Assembly: GCA_963771275.1 (NCBI GenBank)
Contig: CAVYSW010000003.1
Location: 1,811,864 to 1,875,863, forward strand
DNA: 64,000 nt
Direction: 5' to 3'
Source of the DNA: an uncultured Gemmatimonadales bacterium
GTDB taxonomy: Bacteria; Gemmatimonadota; Gemmatimonadetes; Gemmatimonadales; GWC2-71-9
The translations under genes and the position numbers were made by a program. Each line of letters begins with the position of its first letter. Position 1 is the stretch's first letter. Positions 1 to 9,796 of the stretch are shown here, one piece after another. The notes under the pieces are model-generated. The model had not been told where the DNA came from, did not search any database, and was given only the letters and a program-made list of their open reading frames with translations.

Positions 1-197
1 CCGTGGACGTGGGGTTCGTGGAGCAGTTCGACGTCGTCGTGAGCCTCGCGGAGCTCAAGGCCCATCCCGTGCTGCGCGACATGATGGTGACCAAGCGTGG
101 CATGCGGCTCTCGGTCCAGCCGGTGACGCCGCTGGAGTTCGAGACGGTGCGCGCGATGGGACGCGCCACGCGCCGACCTCAGGGAGGAAGTCGATGA
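1..197 (+). CDS. EVE domain protein, C-terminal part (5' end outside window)
   Basis: VDV..F...VSLAELK...L.DM....RG.RLSVQPVT..EF pattern typical of the EVE C-terminus; stop overlaps the corA start. Confidence 0.75.
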   Translation, partial: VDVGFVEQFDVVVSLAELKAHPVLRDMMVTKRGMRLSVQPVTPLEFETVRAMGRATRRPQGGSR

Positions 198-1282
198 CGA
201 ACGCCCCCTCAGCCGCCCCGCACCGACCGGGGCGCCCCTCGCTCAAGATCGGCATGTCTCCCGGCACGCTGATCCACGTGGGCCGACCGCCGGACCAGGC
301 CGTGACCGTCGAGGTGTGCCACTTCGAGAGCGAGCGTCCGCTCGAGCAGTGCGTCCTGGGGCGGGCGGACGAGGCCGCGCCGTACCGGGGCGCGGCCGGC
401 GTCACCTGGATCGACGTGAACGGCGTGCACGACGTGGGCGTGATCGAGCAACTCGGTCAGGTGTTCGGGCTGCACCCGCTGCTGCTCGAGGACATCGTCA
501 ATACGCATCAGCGCCCCAAGCTCGAGCTCCACGGGGAGCATCTGTTCCTGGTGCTGAAGATGCTGCTCGACGATCCCGAGGCGGACGGCTTCGAGATGGA
601 GCAGGTGAGCGTCGTGATCGGCCCGCGCTACGTGCTGACGTTCCAGGAACGGGAGCGTGACACGTTCGATACTATCCGCCGGCGCCTGCAGGATCCCGCG
701 ACGCGCATCCGGCAGCACGGCGCCGATTTCCTGGCATACGCGCTCGTGGACACGATCGTCGACAACTACTTCGCGGTGCTCGAGCGCGTCGGCGACCGGA
801 TCGCGGAGCTGGAGGACGAGGTCCTGGAGTCGCCGGGCCGCGAGGCGCTCCAGCAGATCTTCAGCATCAAGGGGAGCCTCGTCGAGCTGCGCCGCGCGGC
901 GTGGCCGCTGCGCGACGCCCTCTCGGCGATGAGCCGTGGCGACACGCCGCTGATCCAGCCGGCCACGCTGCCCTACCTGCGCGACGTGCAGGATCACGCG
1001 CTGCGCGTGATCGACACGATCGAGACCTACCGCGACATGGCGACCACGATGGTCGAGATGTACATGTCGAGCGTCAGCAACCGGCTGAACGAGGTCATGC
1101 GGGTCCTCACCGTGATCGCGACGATCTTCATCCCGCTCACCTTCGTCGCCGGCGTGTACGGCATGAACTTCCGGTTCATGCCCGAGCTGGCGTGGCATTG
1201 GGGCTATCCCCTGATCTGGGGCGTGATGATCGCGATCGCGCTGGGCCTGCTGGTGTTCTTCCGCCGGCGCGGCTGGACGTGA
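194..1282 (+). CDS. corA: Magnesium/cobalt transporter CorA
   Basis: HPLLLEDI..THQRPK, GVYGMNF signature, MPEL, two C-terminal TM helices. Confidence 0.95.
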   Translation: MTNAPSAAPHRPGRPSLKIGMSPGTLIHVGRPPDQAVTVEVCHFESERPLEQCVLGRADEAAPYRGAAGVTWIDVNGVHDVGVIEQLGQVFGLHPLLLEDIVNTHQRPKLELHGEHLFLVLKMLLDDPEADGFEMEQVSVVIGPRYVLTFQERERDTFDTIRRRLQDPATRIRQHGADFLAYALVDTIVDNYFAVLERVGDRIAELEDEVLESPGREALQQIFSIKGSLVELRRAAWPLRDALSAMSRGDTPLIQPATLPYLRDVQDHALRVIDTIETYRDMATTMVEMYMSSVSNRLNEVMRVLTVIATIFIPLTFVAGVYGMNFRFMPELAWHWGYPLIWGVMIAIALGLLVFFRRRGWT

Positions 1283-1375
1283 CGTTGCGGGGGCCGGGAG
1301 CGATGTGTAGCTTCCGGCGTCCAATCTCTCCGGCGGTTACAGCGCCCCTAAGCTCCAGTCATCCAAGAGGTTACG

Positions 1376-2128
1376 GTGAAGACAGCCGTCTGCGTGAAGC
1401 GGGTACCGGACTCGGAAGCCCGCATCAAGATTGCCGCTGATGGCCGGTCGATCGACGAGGCCGGCGTCAAGTTCGTGCTCAATCCCTATGACGAGTTCGC
1501 GGTCGAGGAAGCGCTCAAGCTGAAGGGGGCCACGGGGGCGGGCGAGGTCGTGGTGGTGTCCGTGGGCGGCGACGCGTCACAGGAGACCATTCGCACCGCG
1601 CTCGCGATGGGCGCCGACCGCGGCGTGCTGCTCAAGACCGACCGTCGGCCGCTCGACCCGCTGCCGGTGGCGCGCGCGCTGGCGGACGAGCTCAAGTCGG
1701 GCGGATACGATCTCGTGCTGTTCGGGAAGATCGCCGCCGACGACTGCAGCCACGCGACCGGCGCCATGGTGGCGGAGCTGCTGGCCGTGCCGTCGGTGAC
1801 CGCCGTCTCGAAACTCCAGGTCGCGGAGGGAAGACTGTCCGCGGAGCGGGAGATCGAGGGGGGCGTGGAAGTCGTCGAGTGCGCCCTGCCGGCCGTGGTG
1901 ACGGCGGAAAAGGGACTCAACGAGCCCCGCTATCCGGCGCTCAAGGGGATCATGGCGGCGAAGAAGAAGCCGCTCGAGGTAAAGCCGGTGACGCTGCCGG
2001 ACCCGGGTCTCGAGGTCCTGCAGCTCGCGTACCCGCCCGAGCGCAAGGCGGGGCGGATCGTGGGCGAGGGGGCGGATGGCGTGCCGGCGCTGGTCGAGGC
2101 CCTCAGGCTGGAAGCGAAGGTGCTCTGA
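1376..2128 (+). CDS. etfB: Electron transfer flavoprotein beta subunit
   Basis: VCVKRVPD, NPYDEFAVEEAL, ALAMGAD, NEPRYP. Confidence 0.95.
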   Translation: MKTAVCVKRVPDSEARIKIAADGRSIDEAGVKFVLNPYDEFAVEEALKLKGATGAGEVVVVSVGGDASQETIRTALAMGADRGVLLKTDRRPLDPLPVARALADELKSGGYDLVLFGKIAADDCSHATGAMVAELLAVPSVTAVSKLQVAEGRLSAEREIEGGVEVVECALPAVVTAEKGLNEPRYPALKGIMAAKKKPLEVKPVTLPDPGLEVLQLAYPPERKAGRIVGEGADGVPALVEALRLEAKVL

Positions 2129-3102
2129 TGGCAAACGTTCTGGCGTACCTCGAGCAGCGCGACGGCGGCATCAAGCGCGTCGCCCAGGAAGCGCTCACGG
2201 CGGGCCGCGTGCTGGCGGACGGCCTCGGTGGAGAGCTGCATGCCATCGTCGTCGGGCCTCCCGGTCTCTCAGTGGACGTGGCGGGCGCGTACGGGGCGGA
2301 CAAGGTGTTCGTCGCGGCGGACGAAGCGGCCCGGCTCTACCAGTCGGGACTGTACGCCGCGGCGGTCGCGAACCAGGCCCGCGCGGGCGGCTACGCAGCG
2401 GTGCTGCTGGGCGCCACGGCGATGGGAAAGGATCTGGGGCCGCGGATCGCCGCGCGCCTCGGCTGTCCGATCGCCGCCGACGTCACCGCGATCGCGGTCG
2501 AAGGCGGGATCGTGGTTACCCGGCCGGTGTATGGCGGCAAGGCGCTCTACCGGCTCAAGGTCACGGCCCCGTGCTGTGTGATCTCGCTCAGGCCGAACAA
2601 CTTCACGGCCGCCGCCGCGCCGCGGACCGGAACCGCGGAGCCGGTGACGCTGCCCGCGGACGCGGGCGCGTCTGCGCGGACCGCGCAGGTGAAGGAGCCG
2701 GAACGCGCCGCGCTCGACGTGACCGAAGCCGCGATCGTCGTCGCCGGGGGGCGCGGTCTCAAGGAGCCGCAGCACTTCAAGCTGCTGGAGGATCTGGCGG
2801 CGGCGCTCGGCGGCCAGGCCGCGGTCGGCGCATCCCGCGCGGTGGTGGACGCGGGGTGGCGCCCCCACGCCGAGCAGGTGGGCCAGACCGGCAAAACGGT
2901 GAGCCCCAATCTGTACGTGGCGGTCGGCGTCTCGGGTGCGATCCAGCATCTGGCCGGGATGCGCACCTCGAAGGTGATCGTGGCGATCAACAAGGACAAG
3001 GACGCGCCGATCTTCAAGGTCGCCGACTACGGCGTCGTGGGAGACCTGTTCGAGATCGTCCCGCGCCTGATCGACGAGATCAAGAAAGTCCGGGGGAACT
3101 GA
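2128..3102 (+). CDS. etfA: Electron transfer flavoprotein alpha subunit
   Basis: ATG overlaps etfB stop (TGATG); [32 protein letters not shown]. Confidence 0.95.
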   Translation: MANVLAYLEQRDGGIKRVAQEALTAGRVLADGLGGELHAIVVGPPGLSVDVAGAYGADKVFVAADEAARLYQSGLYAAAVANQARAGGYAAVLLGATAMGKDLGPRIAARLGCPIAADVTAIAVEGGIVVTRPVYGGKALYRLKVTAPCCVISLRPNNFTAAAAPRTGTAEPVTLPADAGASARTAQVKEPERAALDVTEAAIVVAGGRGLKEPQHFKLLEDLAAALGGQAAVGASRAVVDAGWRPHAEQVGQTGKTVSPNLYVAVGVSGAIQHLAGMRTSKVIVAINKDKDAPIFKVADYGVVGDLFEIVPRLIDEIKKVRGN

Positions 3103-3103
3103 C

Positions 3104-3754
3104 ATGCTCCGTTCCGGTGTGCTCGCCTGCGCCGCGCTGCTCGCGACTGGGGTCGCGCGAGGACAGGAAATCCGTCGTGTCCAACCCACGGCGTTTCCCG
3201 CCGCCGTGGCGCTGTCGTTCGGGCTCGGCTTTGGCGGAGGGCGGGCCGACGCCGCGGCCGGGCAGGGCCTGTGCACCGGCGGCGGTGCCTGCCGGTTCAA
3301 GCTCGGATCGGGCCCGACGCTCGGGTTCGATGTGCAGCTGCCGGTGACCAGCACCCTGGGGGTCGGATTGAGTGGCGCCGTGGGGCGCCCGCCACGCGTG
3401 ACCTGCGGGGCGGAGTGCACCAGCTCGGACAACGCGACCGCGATCCACGTGTCGGCGCTGCTGCTGTGGCGCTTCAAGGCGCGCGCCCCGATCTACTTCG
3501 GCGTGGGCCCGACGTTGAGCTGGATCAACCCCGGGCCGGTCCTGCAGTGGGACACAACGGCCGTGAAGGAGCCGGGCGGCGTGCTGGTGATCGGCTACGA
3601 CTTCGGCATCACACCGACGGTCGGTGGCCGGCTCGCCTGGTGGAACTACCTGACCAAGCCGGACGACTCCAGCCTGCCGAGCGTGCTCACCCCGGCCGGC
3701 CTGGCGTGGGACAAGATCTTCACGCTCGGCGTGCGGCTCGGGTTGCACAAGTGA
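3104..3754 (+). CDS. Putative outer-membrane beta-barrel protein
   Basis: Signal peptide (ARG-Q), alternating hydrophobic beta strands, in operon context. Confidence 0.55.
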   Translation: MLRSGVLACAALLATGVARGQEIRRVQPTAFPAAVALSFGLGFGGGRADAAAGQGLCTGGGACRFKLGSGPTLGFDVQLPVTSTLGVGLSGAVGRPPRVTCGAECTSSDNATAIHVSALLLWRFKARAPIYFGVGPTLSWINPGPVLQWDTTAVKEPGGVLVIGYDFGITPTVGGRLAWWNYLTKPDDSSLPSVLTPAGLAWDKIFTLGVRLGLHK

Positions 3755-5409
3755 GCGCGAGGACGATCGTCCCGGCGGCGAGCCAGCCCGCGCTGCCGAT
3801 CGAACGGCTCATGCTCGAAGAGGCACCGCAAGACGAGCGCATCGATCTGGACGTCGTGTTCGTCGGAGGCGGGCCCGCCGGGCTCGCCGGCGCGATCGAG
3901 CTGGCACGCCTGGTGCGGCGGGACAACGAGGCGGGAGGCGGGCTTGGGCCGGTCGAGATCGGCGTGATGGAGAAGGCCGCGACGCTGGGGGAGCACTGCC
4001 TTTCGGGCGCGGTGCTGAACCCGCGGGCGGTGCGGGAGCTGTTCCCCGACGCGGAGCCCGCCGCCCTGCCGTTCCACACGCCCGTCACGCGCGAAGCCGT
4101 CTACCTGCTCACGCCGCGCGGGGCGCGCCGCCTCCCCACCCCGCCCACCATGCGCAATCACGGCAACTACGTGGTCTCGATCTGCGAGCTGGTGCGATGG
4201 CTCGGCGCGCGCGCGGAGGAAGCCGGGATCAACGTGTTCGCGGGATTCCCCGCGGCGTCCCTGCTGATGAGCGGCGCCCGCGTGATCGGGGTGCGGACCT
4301 CGCCCGCGGGGCTGGGCCGCGACGGCGCGCCGCAGGCGAGCTTCCAGCCGGCGACCGACATCGCGGCGCAGGTCACGGTGCTGGCGGAAGGCACGCGGGG
4401 GCCGCTGGCGCAGGCGTGGTTCGCCCGCCAGGGCCTGCAGGGTGCGAATCCCCAGGTCTACGCGCTCGGCGTCAAGGAGCTGTGGGAGACCAAGCGCCCG
4501 CTGAACCGCGTCATCCACACCATGGGGTGGCCGCTGCCGCGGGACGCGTTCGGCGGCAGCTGGCTCTATCCGCTGGAGCCGAATCTGGTGTCGCTCGGGC
4601 TCGTCGTGGGGCTCGACTACCGCGACGCCGCGCTCGACGTGCACGACCTGCTCCAACGCCTCAAGCTGCATCCGCTGGTGCGGCCGATCCTCGAGGGCGG
4701 CGAGCTGCTCGAGTGGGGCGCCAAGACGATCCCGGAAGGCGGCTACTACGCGGTCCCGCCACGCCGCTCGGGCGACGGGGCCCTCGTCGTGGGCGACGCC
4801 GTGGGATTCGTGGACGTGCCGTCGCTCAAGGGCATCCACTACGCCATGCAGTCGGGGATCTACGCCGCGCGGGCCGCGTTTGCCGCGCTCAAGGCCGGGG
4901 ACACCTCGGCGGCCGGCCTGGCCGCGTACGACCGGATGGTGGACGACTCCTACATCATGCGGGACCTCTACCGCACGCGGAACATGCGGCTGGCCTTCAA
5001 GGACGGCTTCTTCCGCGGGGCGCTCAAGGCGGGGCTGATGACCCTCACCGGCGGGCGGTTTCCCGGCTCCCGGATCGCCATGGAGCCCGACGCCGCGGCC
5101 CCGAAGCGGGTGGGCCCCGCGACGCCGTTCACGCCCGACGCCGCGCTCACGATCTCCAAGCTCGACGCGGTGTTCAAGGCCGGGAACGCGACACGTGACG
5201 ACATTCCGTCTCACCTGATCGTCCCGCAGGCGGCCGATCGGGACACGGCGGAGCTGTACGCCCATATGTGCCCGGCCGGTGTCTACGAGTGGGTGGACGG
5301 CCTGCGCGTGAATGCGCCGAACTGCGTCGACTGCAAGGCCACGGACGTGCTCGGGCCGCGGTGGACCCCGCGCGAGGGCGGGAGCGGGCCGGCCTACAAG
5401 CGGATGTGA
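3751..5409 (+). CDS. Electron transfer flavoprotein-ubiquinone oxidoreductase
   Basis: GTG at 3751 overlaps upstream stop; GGGPAG, HCLSGA, GVKELW, GAKTIPEGG, KGIHYAM, C-terminal CPAGVYE Fe-S region. Confidence 0.93.
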   Translation: MSARTIVPAASQPALPIERLMLEEAPQDERIDLDVVFVGGGPAGLAGAIELARLVRRDNEAGGGLGPVEIGVMEKAATLGEHCLSGAVLNPRAVRELFPDAEPAALPFHTPVTREAVYLLTPRGARRLPTPPTMRNHGNYVVSICELVRWLGARAEEAGINVFAGFPAASLLMSGARVIGVRTSPAGLGRDGAPQASFQPATDIAAQVTVLAEGTRGPLAQAWFARQGLQGANPQVYALGVKELWETKRPLNRVIHTMGWPLPRDAFGGSWLYPLEPNLVSLGLVVGLDYRDAALDVHDLLQRLKLHPLVRPILEGGELLEWGAKTIPEGGYYAVPPRRSGDGALVVGDAVGFVDVPSLKGIHYAMQSGIYAARAAFAALKAGDTSAAGLAAYDRMVDDSYIMRDLYRTRNMRLAFKDGFFRGALKAGLMTLTGGRFPGSRIAMEPDAAAPKRVGPATPFTPDAALTISKLDAVFKAGNATRDDIPSHLIVPQAADRDTAELYAHMCPAGVYEWVDGLRVNAPNCVDCKATDVLGPRWTPREGGSGPAYKRM

Positions 5410-5417
5410 TCGGGCGG

Positions 5418-6677
5418 TTACTCGAACGGCGGGTCCGCCACGTGGACGGGCTCGTCCAGCAGGATCGCGCTCAGCCTTTCGCCAACCGTCACCGCGTCGC
5501 GCGCGGCGGGAAGCACCAGCAGCGCGTTCGCCCGCGCCATCGACGTCAGAATCCCTGAGCCCTGGGGTCCGGTGAGCCGCGCGACGCGCTCGCCATCCTC
5601 TTCGACGACGACAGCGCGCAGGAAATGCGTCAGCCTCGCCGGGAAATGGAGTGGCTCGGCAAGGCGTACCGGCACCGTCCGCCGGAAGAACGTGCGGTAG
5701 CCGAGCAGCTTGCGCACGGCCGGTCGCACGAACAGCTCGAACGTCACCATGGTGCTCACGGGGTTGCCGGGGAGGCCGATCCACCGCACGCCGCCCAGGC
5801 GGCCGTACCCCACCGGCGCCCCCGGGCGCATGCTGATGCGCCAGAACGTCAGGCTGCCGCCGGTCTCCTCGAGCACGCGCCGCATGTGGTCGTGCTCGCC
5901 GACGCTGATGCCCGCCGTGGTCACCAGCAGGTCCGCGTCGCGCGCGGCCCGCACTCGGCTGGTGATGTCCGCCGGGTCGTCGCGGGCGATCCCGAGGCTG
6001 ACGGCGGTGGCCCCCGCCTGCCGGAGGCCGGCGAGCAGCGTGTAGGTGTTCGAGGACGCGATCTTGCGGCCCGCGCGGATCGCCGCGACCTCGTCGAGCT
6101 CGGCGATCTCGTCGCCCGAGCCGAGGATGGCGACCCGGGGCCGGCGATGCACCGCGACCTCCGCCATGCCGAGCGACGCCAGCACGCCGAGCTGGGCGGG
6201 TCCCAACGGCGTGCCCCGCTCGAGCGGCACGCTGTCCCGGCGGATGTCCTCCCCGCGGCGGCGGACGTTGTGCCCCACATCGCGCGGGTCGTCGATCCGG
6301 ACCCGATCCCCGTCGAGCGGGGTCGCGTCCTCCTGGCGAATCACGCCGTCCGCCCCCACGGGGAGCGGGGCGCCCGTGAAGATGCGCGCGCACTCGCCGG
6401 GTCCGAGCGGACGGGTGGGAAATCCGCCGGCCGGGATGGTCTCCCCCACGCGCAGCTCCACGGCGCCCGGCAGGGCGCCGGCGTCGCCGCTCCGGAAATC
6501 GGCGCCTCGGACGGCGTAGCCGTCCATGGCGGAGTTGTCCCACGGGGGCAGGTCGAGCGGGCTCCGCGCGTCCTCGGCGAGCACGCACCCGAGGGCGTCG
6601 GGCAGCGCGACCTGCTCCGCGGCGAGCGGTCGGAGGTCCTGCAGGATGGTCCGGGCGGCCTCTCCCGGCGATCGCAC
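5418..6677 (-). CDS. moeA: Molybdopterin molybdotransferase MoeA
   Basis: NSAMDGYA, IFTGAPLP.GAD.VI.QE, SGDE, GLPGNPVS. Confidence 0.95.
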   Translation of the reverse strand: MRSPGEAARTILQDLRPLAAEQVALPDALGCVLAEDARSPLDLPPWDNSAMDGYAVRGADFRSGDAGALPGAVELRVGETIPAGGFPTRPLGPGECARIFTGAPLPVGADGVIRQEDATPLDGDRVRIDDPRDVGHNVRRRGEDIRRDSVPLERGTPLGPAQLGVLASLGMAEVAVHRRPRVAILGSGDEIAELDEVAAIRAGRKIASSNTYTLLAGLRQAGATAVSLGIARDDPADITSRVRAARDADLLVTTAGISVGEHDHMRRVLEETGGSLTFWRISMRPGAPVGYGRLGGVRWIGLPGNPVSTMVTFELFVRPAVRKLLGYRTFFRRTVPVRLAEPLHFPARLTHFLRAVVVEEDGERVARLTGPQGSGILTSMARANALLVLPAARDAVTVGERLSAILLDEPVHVADPPFE

Positions 6678-6679
6678 GC

Positions 6680-7213
6680 CTAGCCCTCGACCACCAGCGC
6701 CCGTTCCCAGGCGAGATGCGCGAGACTGGTGAACCAGGCGGTGTCGGTGAAATTGAAGACGGGGCAGGGCAGCCGCAGCGTGCGGTCGTCCGTCACCATC
6801 GCGATCCAGTCACCGGGCTCCGTGCGCGACAGGTCGAACAGCGGCGTGGAGTGTTCGCTCTTGCGGTGCACTTCGATCTTCGGCAGGGGGTAGCGCTTGA
6901 ATCCCTCGACCACCACCATGTCGGTGTCGAGAAAATGGGCGCGCACGAGGGCCAGCGGGTCGGCCGTCTCCGCAATCCGCTCGAACAGCACGCGCTGTCC
7001 CGGGGATTCGAGCATCGTCTTCACGACGCCCCCCTCGTGGAAATGGCGCCAGGTGTCCTTCCCCTCCTGGTCCACGATGGCGGGGTGATGGCCGTGCTTG
7101 ATGGTGCCGACGCGCCGGCCGCGTCGCACGTACTCCTGGGCGAGCGCCACGACGAGCGTCGTCTTGCCCGCATTCTTCTTGCCGATCACCGAGATCACGC
7201 GCGTTGCCGCCAC
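6680..7213 (-). CDS. mobB: Molybdopterin-guanine dinucleotide biosynthesis protein MobB
   Basis: GKKNAGKTTL, IKHGHH, GKDTWRH, VEGFK..PLPKIEV; GTG start inferred. Confidence 0.9.
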   Translation of the reverse strand: MAATRVISVIGKKNAGKTTLVVALAQEYVRRGRRVGTIKHGHHPAIVDQEGKDTWRHFHEGGVVKTMLESPGQRVLFERIAETADPLALVRAHFLDTDMVVVEGFKRYPLPKIEVHRKSEHSTPLFDLSRTEPGDWIAMVTDDRTLRLPCPVFNFTDTAWFTSLAHLAWERALVVEG

Positions 7214-7812
7214 AGCTCCTCCGCCCGCACCAGGTCCTCTGCGGTATTGACGTTGAAGAAGAGGCGCTCCGGATCCCCGAACTGCGCCACCTGCTCGAGG
7301 GGCAGCGTGCCGACGCGCACGTCCGCGTGAAACCCGATGGCGCGGTAGTCCTCGTCGTCCAACCGCCGCCGAATGGCCGGCTCGCACGCCGGACCATAGA
7401 TCGCGCAGAGTGGCTCCACGGCGCGCCGGCCCGGACTTTGGGGGAGAAAGACGTCGTAGCCCTCCGCCTGCCGGATCAGCGCGGTCAGCAGCTCCTCCGA
7501 CACGAACGGCATGTCCCAGGCGACGACCAGAGCGGGACCCTCGCCGGCCGTGACCGCCGTGTAGATCCCGCCCAGGCTGCCGCACCCGGGCCTGACGTCC
7601 GGCACGGTGGTGAGATCGGGTCGCCACGCGTGGGCGTCGGCGGCGTTCGCGACGAGCAGCGGTGGTGCGCCGACCGCCGAGTGCACGGCGGCCGCGACTG
7701 TATCGAGGATCCGTTCGCCGCCGACGCGCTCGAGCCCCTTGGGCGCACCGCCGAACCGGCTCGCGGCACCGCCCGCGAGCACGACCGCGCGCACCTTAGT
7801 AGCGCCGTCCAC
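7195..7812 (-). CDS. mobA: Molybdenum cofactor guanylyltransferase MobA
   Basis: VLAGG.ASRFG..K, DMPF, EPL.A.Y, FFNVNT.ED. Confidence 0.93.
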   Translation of the reverse strand: MDGATKVRAVVLAGGAASRFGGAPKGLERVGGERILDTVAAAVHSAVGAPPLLVANAADAHAWRPDLTTVPDVRPGCGSLGGIYTAVTAGEGPALVVAWDMPFVSEELLTALIRQAEGYDVFLPQSPGRRAVEPLCAIYGPACEPAIRRRLDDEDYRAIGFHADVRVGTLPLEQVAQFGDPERLFFNVNTAEDLVRAEELWRQRA

Positions 7813-8599
7813 GTTTCCGCTCCAGGACGATGTCGAACCGTGCCACCAGGGAGAAGCTGTGCCTCGTGGCGGTGCCGGTCGGGGCTTCCGCGAGACTGCT
7901 CGCCGGCCCGGTCACCGTGGGGAAGAACAGCACGTTGTCGCGGATTTCGAGGCCCACCTGGTAGCCCGGACTGACGGGCACCAGCACCCCGAGCCCGACG
8001 GCGAGGGTCGGATGCAGGGCACTGTGGCCGGCGTCCCCGATGACGAGACGGGTCTGCGTTATCCCGTCCACATCCGTGAACCGGCCGACGAGCTCGACGG
8101 TGCTCGCGTTGCGCGTGGTGAACCCGCCCTGCGCGCGGAGATACGGTGACGCGAACCCCCCCGGCGCGAACCGATAGGTCCCGCCGATGGCGAACGCGAT
8201 CGTGGAGGCCGCCCCCCCACGCTCCGTGATGTCGTCGCAAATCTGGAGGTTGACTGTGTCGGCGGGCGGAGCCCGATACGTGAGCTCGCAGCGGTCGTCC
8301 AGGCCGAACCCCATGAAGAAGATCTCGCCCGTAATGCCGAAATGCGGCGAGGAGAAGTAGGTGGCGCTTGCCCCGAGCGAGACGCCGGGTTCGAGGCTGC
8401 GAGACAGCCGCAGCGTGTCCGACATCGTGGGCTCTCCGAGCAGGGACAGCGGCTGTTTGCCGATCTGCCAGAGCGACGAGCCGGTCGTCACCCCCCCGAA
8501 GATCGTCACGAGCAGGTTCGGCTCCGCACGACGCTGGGCGGCGGCCGGGGCCGGCAGCAACGGCAGGAGCAGGGTCCAGCACAGCGCGATACGTGGCAT
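7796..8599 (-). CDS. Putative outer-membrane beta-barrel protein
   Basis: MPRIALCWTLLL...AAAQ signal peptide; amphipathic beta strands (e.g. SPYLRAQGGF). Confidence 0.55.
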   Translation of the reverse strand: MPRIALCWTLLLPLLPAPAAAQRRAEPNLLVTIFGGVTTGSSLWQIGKQPLSLLGEPTMSDTLRLSRSLEPGVSLGASATYFSSPHFGITGEIFFMGFGLDDRCELTYRAPPADTVNLQICDDITERGGAASTIAFAIGGTYRFAPGGFASPYLRAQGGFTTRNASTVELVGRFTDVDGITQTRLVIGDAGHSALHPTLAVGLGVLVPVSPGYQVGLEIRDNVLFFPTVTGPASSLAEAPTGTATRHSFSLVARFDIVLERKRGRRY

Positions 8600-8607
8600 C
8601 GCCCGTC

Positions 8608-9363
8608 TCACGGATGATGGGTCTGCGGGGCGCCGCTCACCGCTCGCCCCACGAGGGTCATGCCGGCGCGCTGGGCGATCGTCCCCGCGAGGGTCGACGG
8701 CACGGAGGGGGTGGCGATCCAGGCCAGACGGGCACGCGCCGCCTTGAAGGCCAGTTCCGCGGAGATCCGCCCCGTCACCAGCAGCGCGCGATCGGCCACC
8801 GGTCGGCGCGCCAGCAGGGCCCCGCCGATCACCTTGTCCACGGCGTTGTGGCGGCCGATGTCCTCGGCATGGTGCAACAGCGTCGCGCCGTCGGTCAAGG
8901 CGGCGGCGTGAATGCCGCCGGTCGTCTGATAGCGCGTCCCGCGGGCGAACAGCTCCTTGAACAACCCGCGCAGCACGTCCGGCGGCGGCGGGTCCCCCCG
9001 TGGCGTACCGCGCGGGGTGGTGCTGGGATCCGCCAGGAACACCGATACCGCGCCGCAGCCGGAGGCCAGCACGGGTGAGCGATGCTCGGCCCGCACCGCA
9101 GCGAGCCGGTCGTCCGGAATCTCGGCCCAGAACCCGAGATCGGTGGCGCACGGGCGCAGCGACGTGAGGTCGCCCAACGACGCGATGTACCCCTCGCCGT
9201 GCAGCCACCCTACCGCGAGCTCCTCGAGCGCCTCGGGCGTGCACATCCACGTGACGGTCGGGCGGCCATTCACCTCGAGCCAGACCGCCACCTCCTCCAC
9301 GAGCGCGGGCTCGGGCCCGCGACCCCGCCGCATCGCGACCACGGCCCGCTCAGGCTTCGCCAC
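8608..9363 (-). CDS. fdhD: Formate dehydrogenase accessory sulfurtransferase FdhD
   Basis: TP..LEELAVG.L..EG, SGCG, TGG.HAAAL, EDIGRHNAVDK, GRIS.E; start inferred. Confidence 0.92.
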   Translation of the reverse strand: MAKPERAVVAMRRGRGPEPALVEEVAVWLEVNGRPTVTWMCTPEALEELAVGWLHGEGYIASLGDLTSLRPCATDLGFWAEIPDDRLAAVRAEHRSPVLASGCGAVSVFLADPSTTPRGTPRGDPPPPDVLRGLFKELFARGTRYQTTGGIHAAALTDGATLLHHAEDIGRHNAVDKVIGGALLARRPVADRALLVTGRISAELAFKAARARLAWIATPSVPSTLAGTIAQRAGMTLVGRAVSGAPQTHHP

Positions 9364-9775
9364 GGTACTCGGCGGAGAGGTCGTCGTCCTCCGCGATCCG
9401 CACCGCCTCGAGCCGGACCCCCGCCGGCAGGCGTGGTTGCACGCGCCGCCAGACGTACACGGCCAGCGCCTCGGCGGTGGGGATCTGGCGTCCGAAGGCG
9501 AACTCCGGAACGTCGTGGTTGAGATGCCGGTGATCGAGCGGCTGCCGGACCTGCTCATCCAGCAGGCGGTCGAGCAGCACGAGATCCACGAGCATCCCCG
9601 TCTCCTCGGAAACCGATCCCGCCACGGTCACCGCGCAACGGTAGTTGTGGCCGTGGCCGTGCTCCCGCGCGCAGGCACCGAACACCGCGGCGTTGCGCTC
9701 CTCCGGCCACTCGGGGCGGTGGTAGCGGTGGGCCGCGCTGAAGCGGACCGTGCGGGTGAGTCGGGCCGTGGCCAT
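9350..9775 (-). CDS. 6-pyruvoyl/6-carboxy-tetrahydropterin synthase family protein
   Basis: FSAAHR, C...HGHGHNY, GM.VD, LDHR.LN, PTAE. Confidence 0.9.
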   Translation of the reverse strand: MATARLTRTVRFSAAHRYHRPEWPEERNAAVFGACAREHGHGHNYRCAVTVAGSVSEETGMLVDLVLLDRLLDEQVRQPLDHRHLNHDVPEFAFGRQIPTAEALAVYVWRRVQPRLPAGVRLEAVRIAEDDDLSAEYRGEA

Positions 9776-9796
9776 GCTCGGGAATCTACCGCTCGA

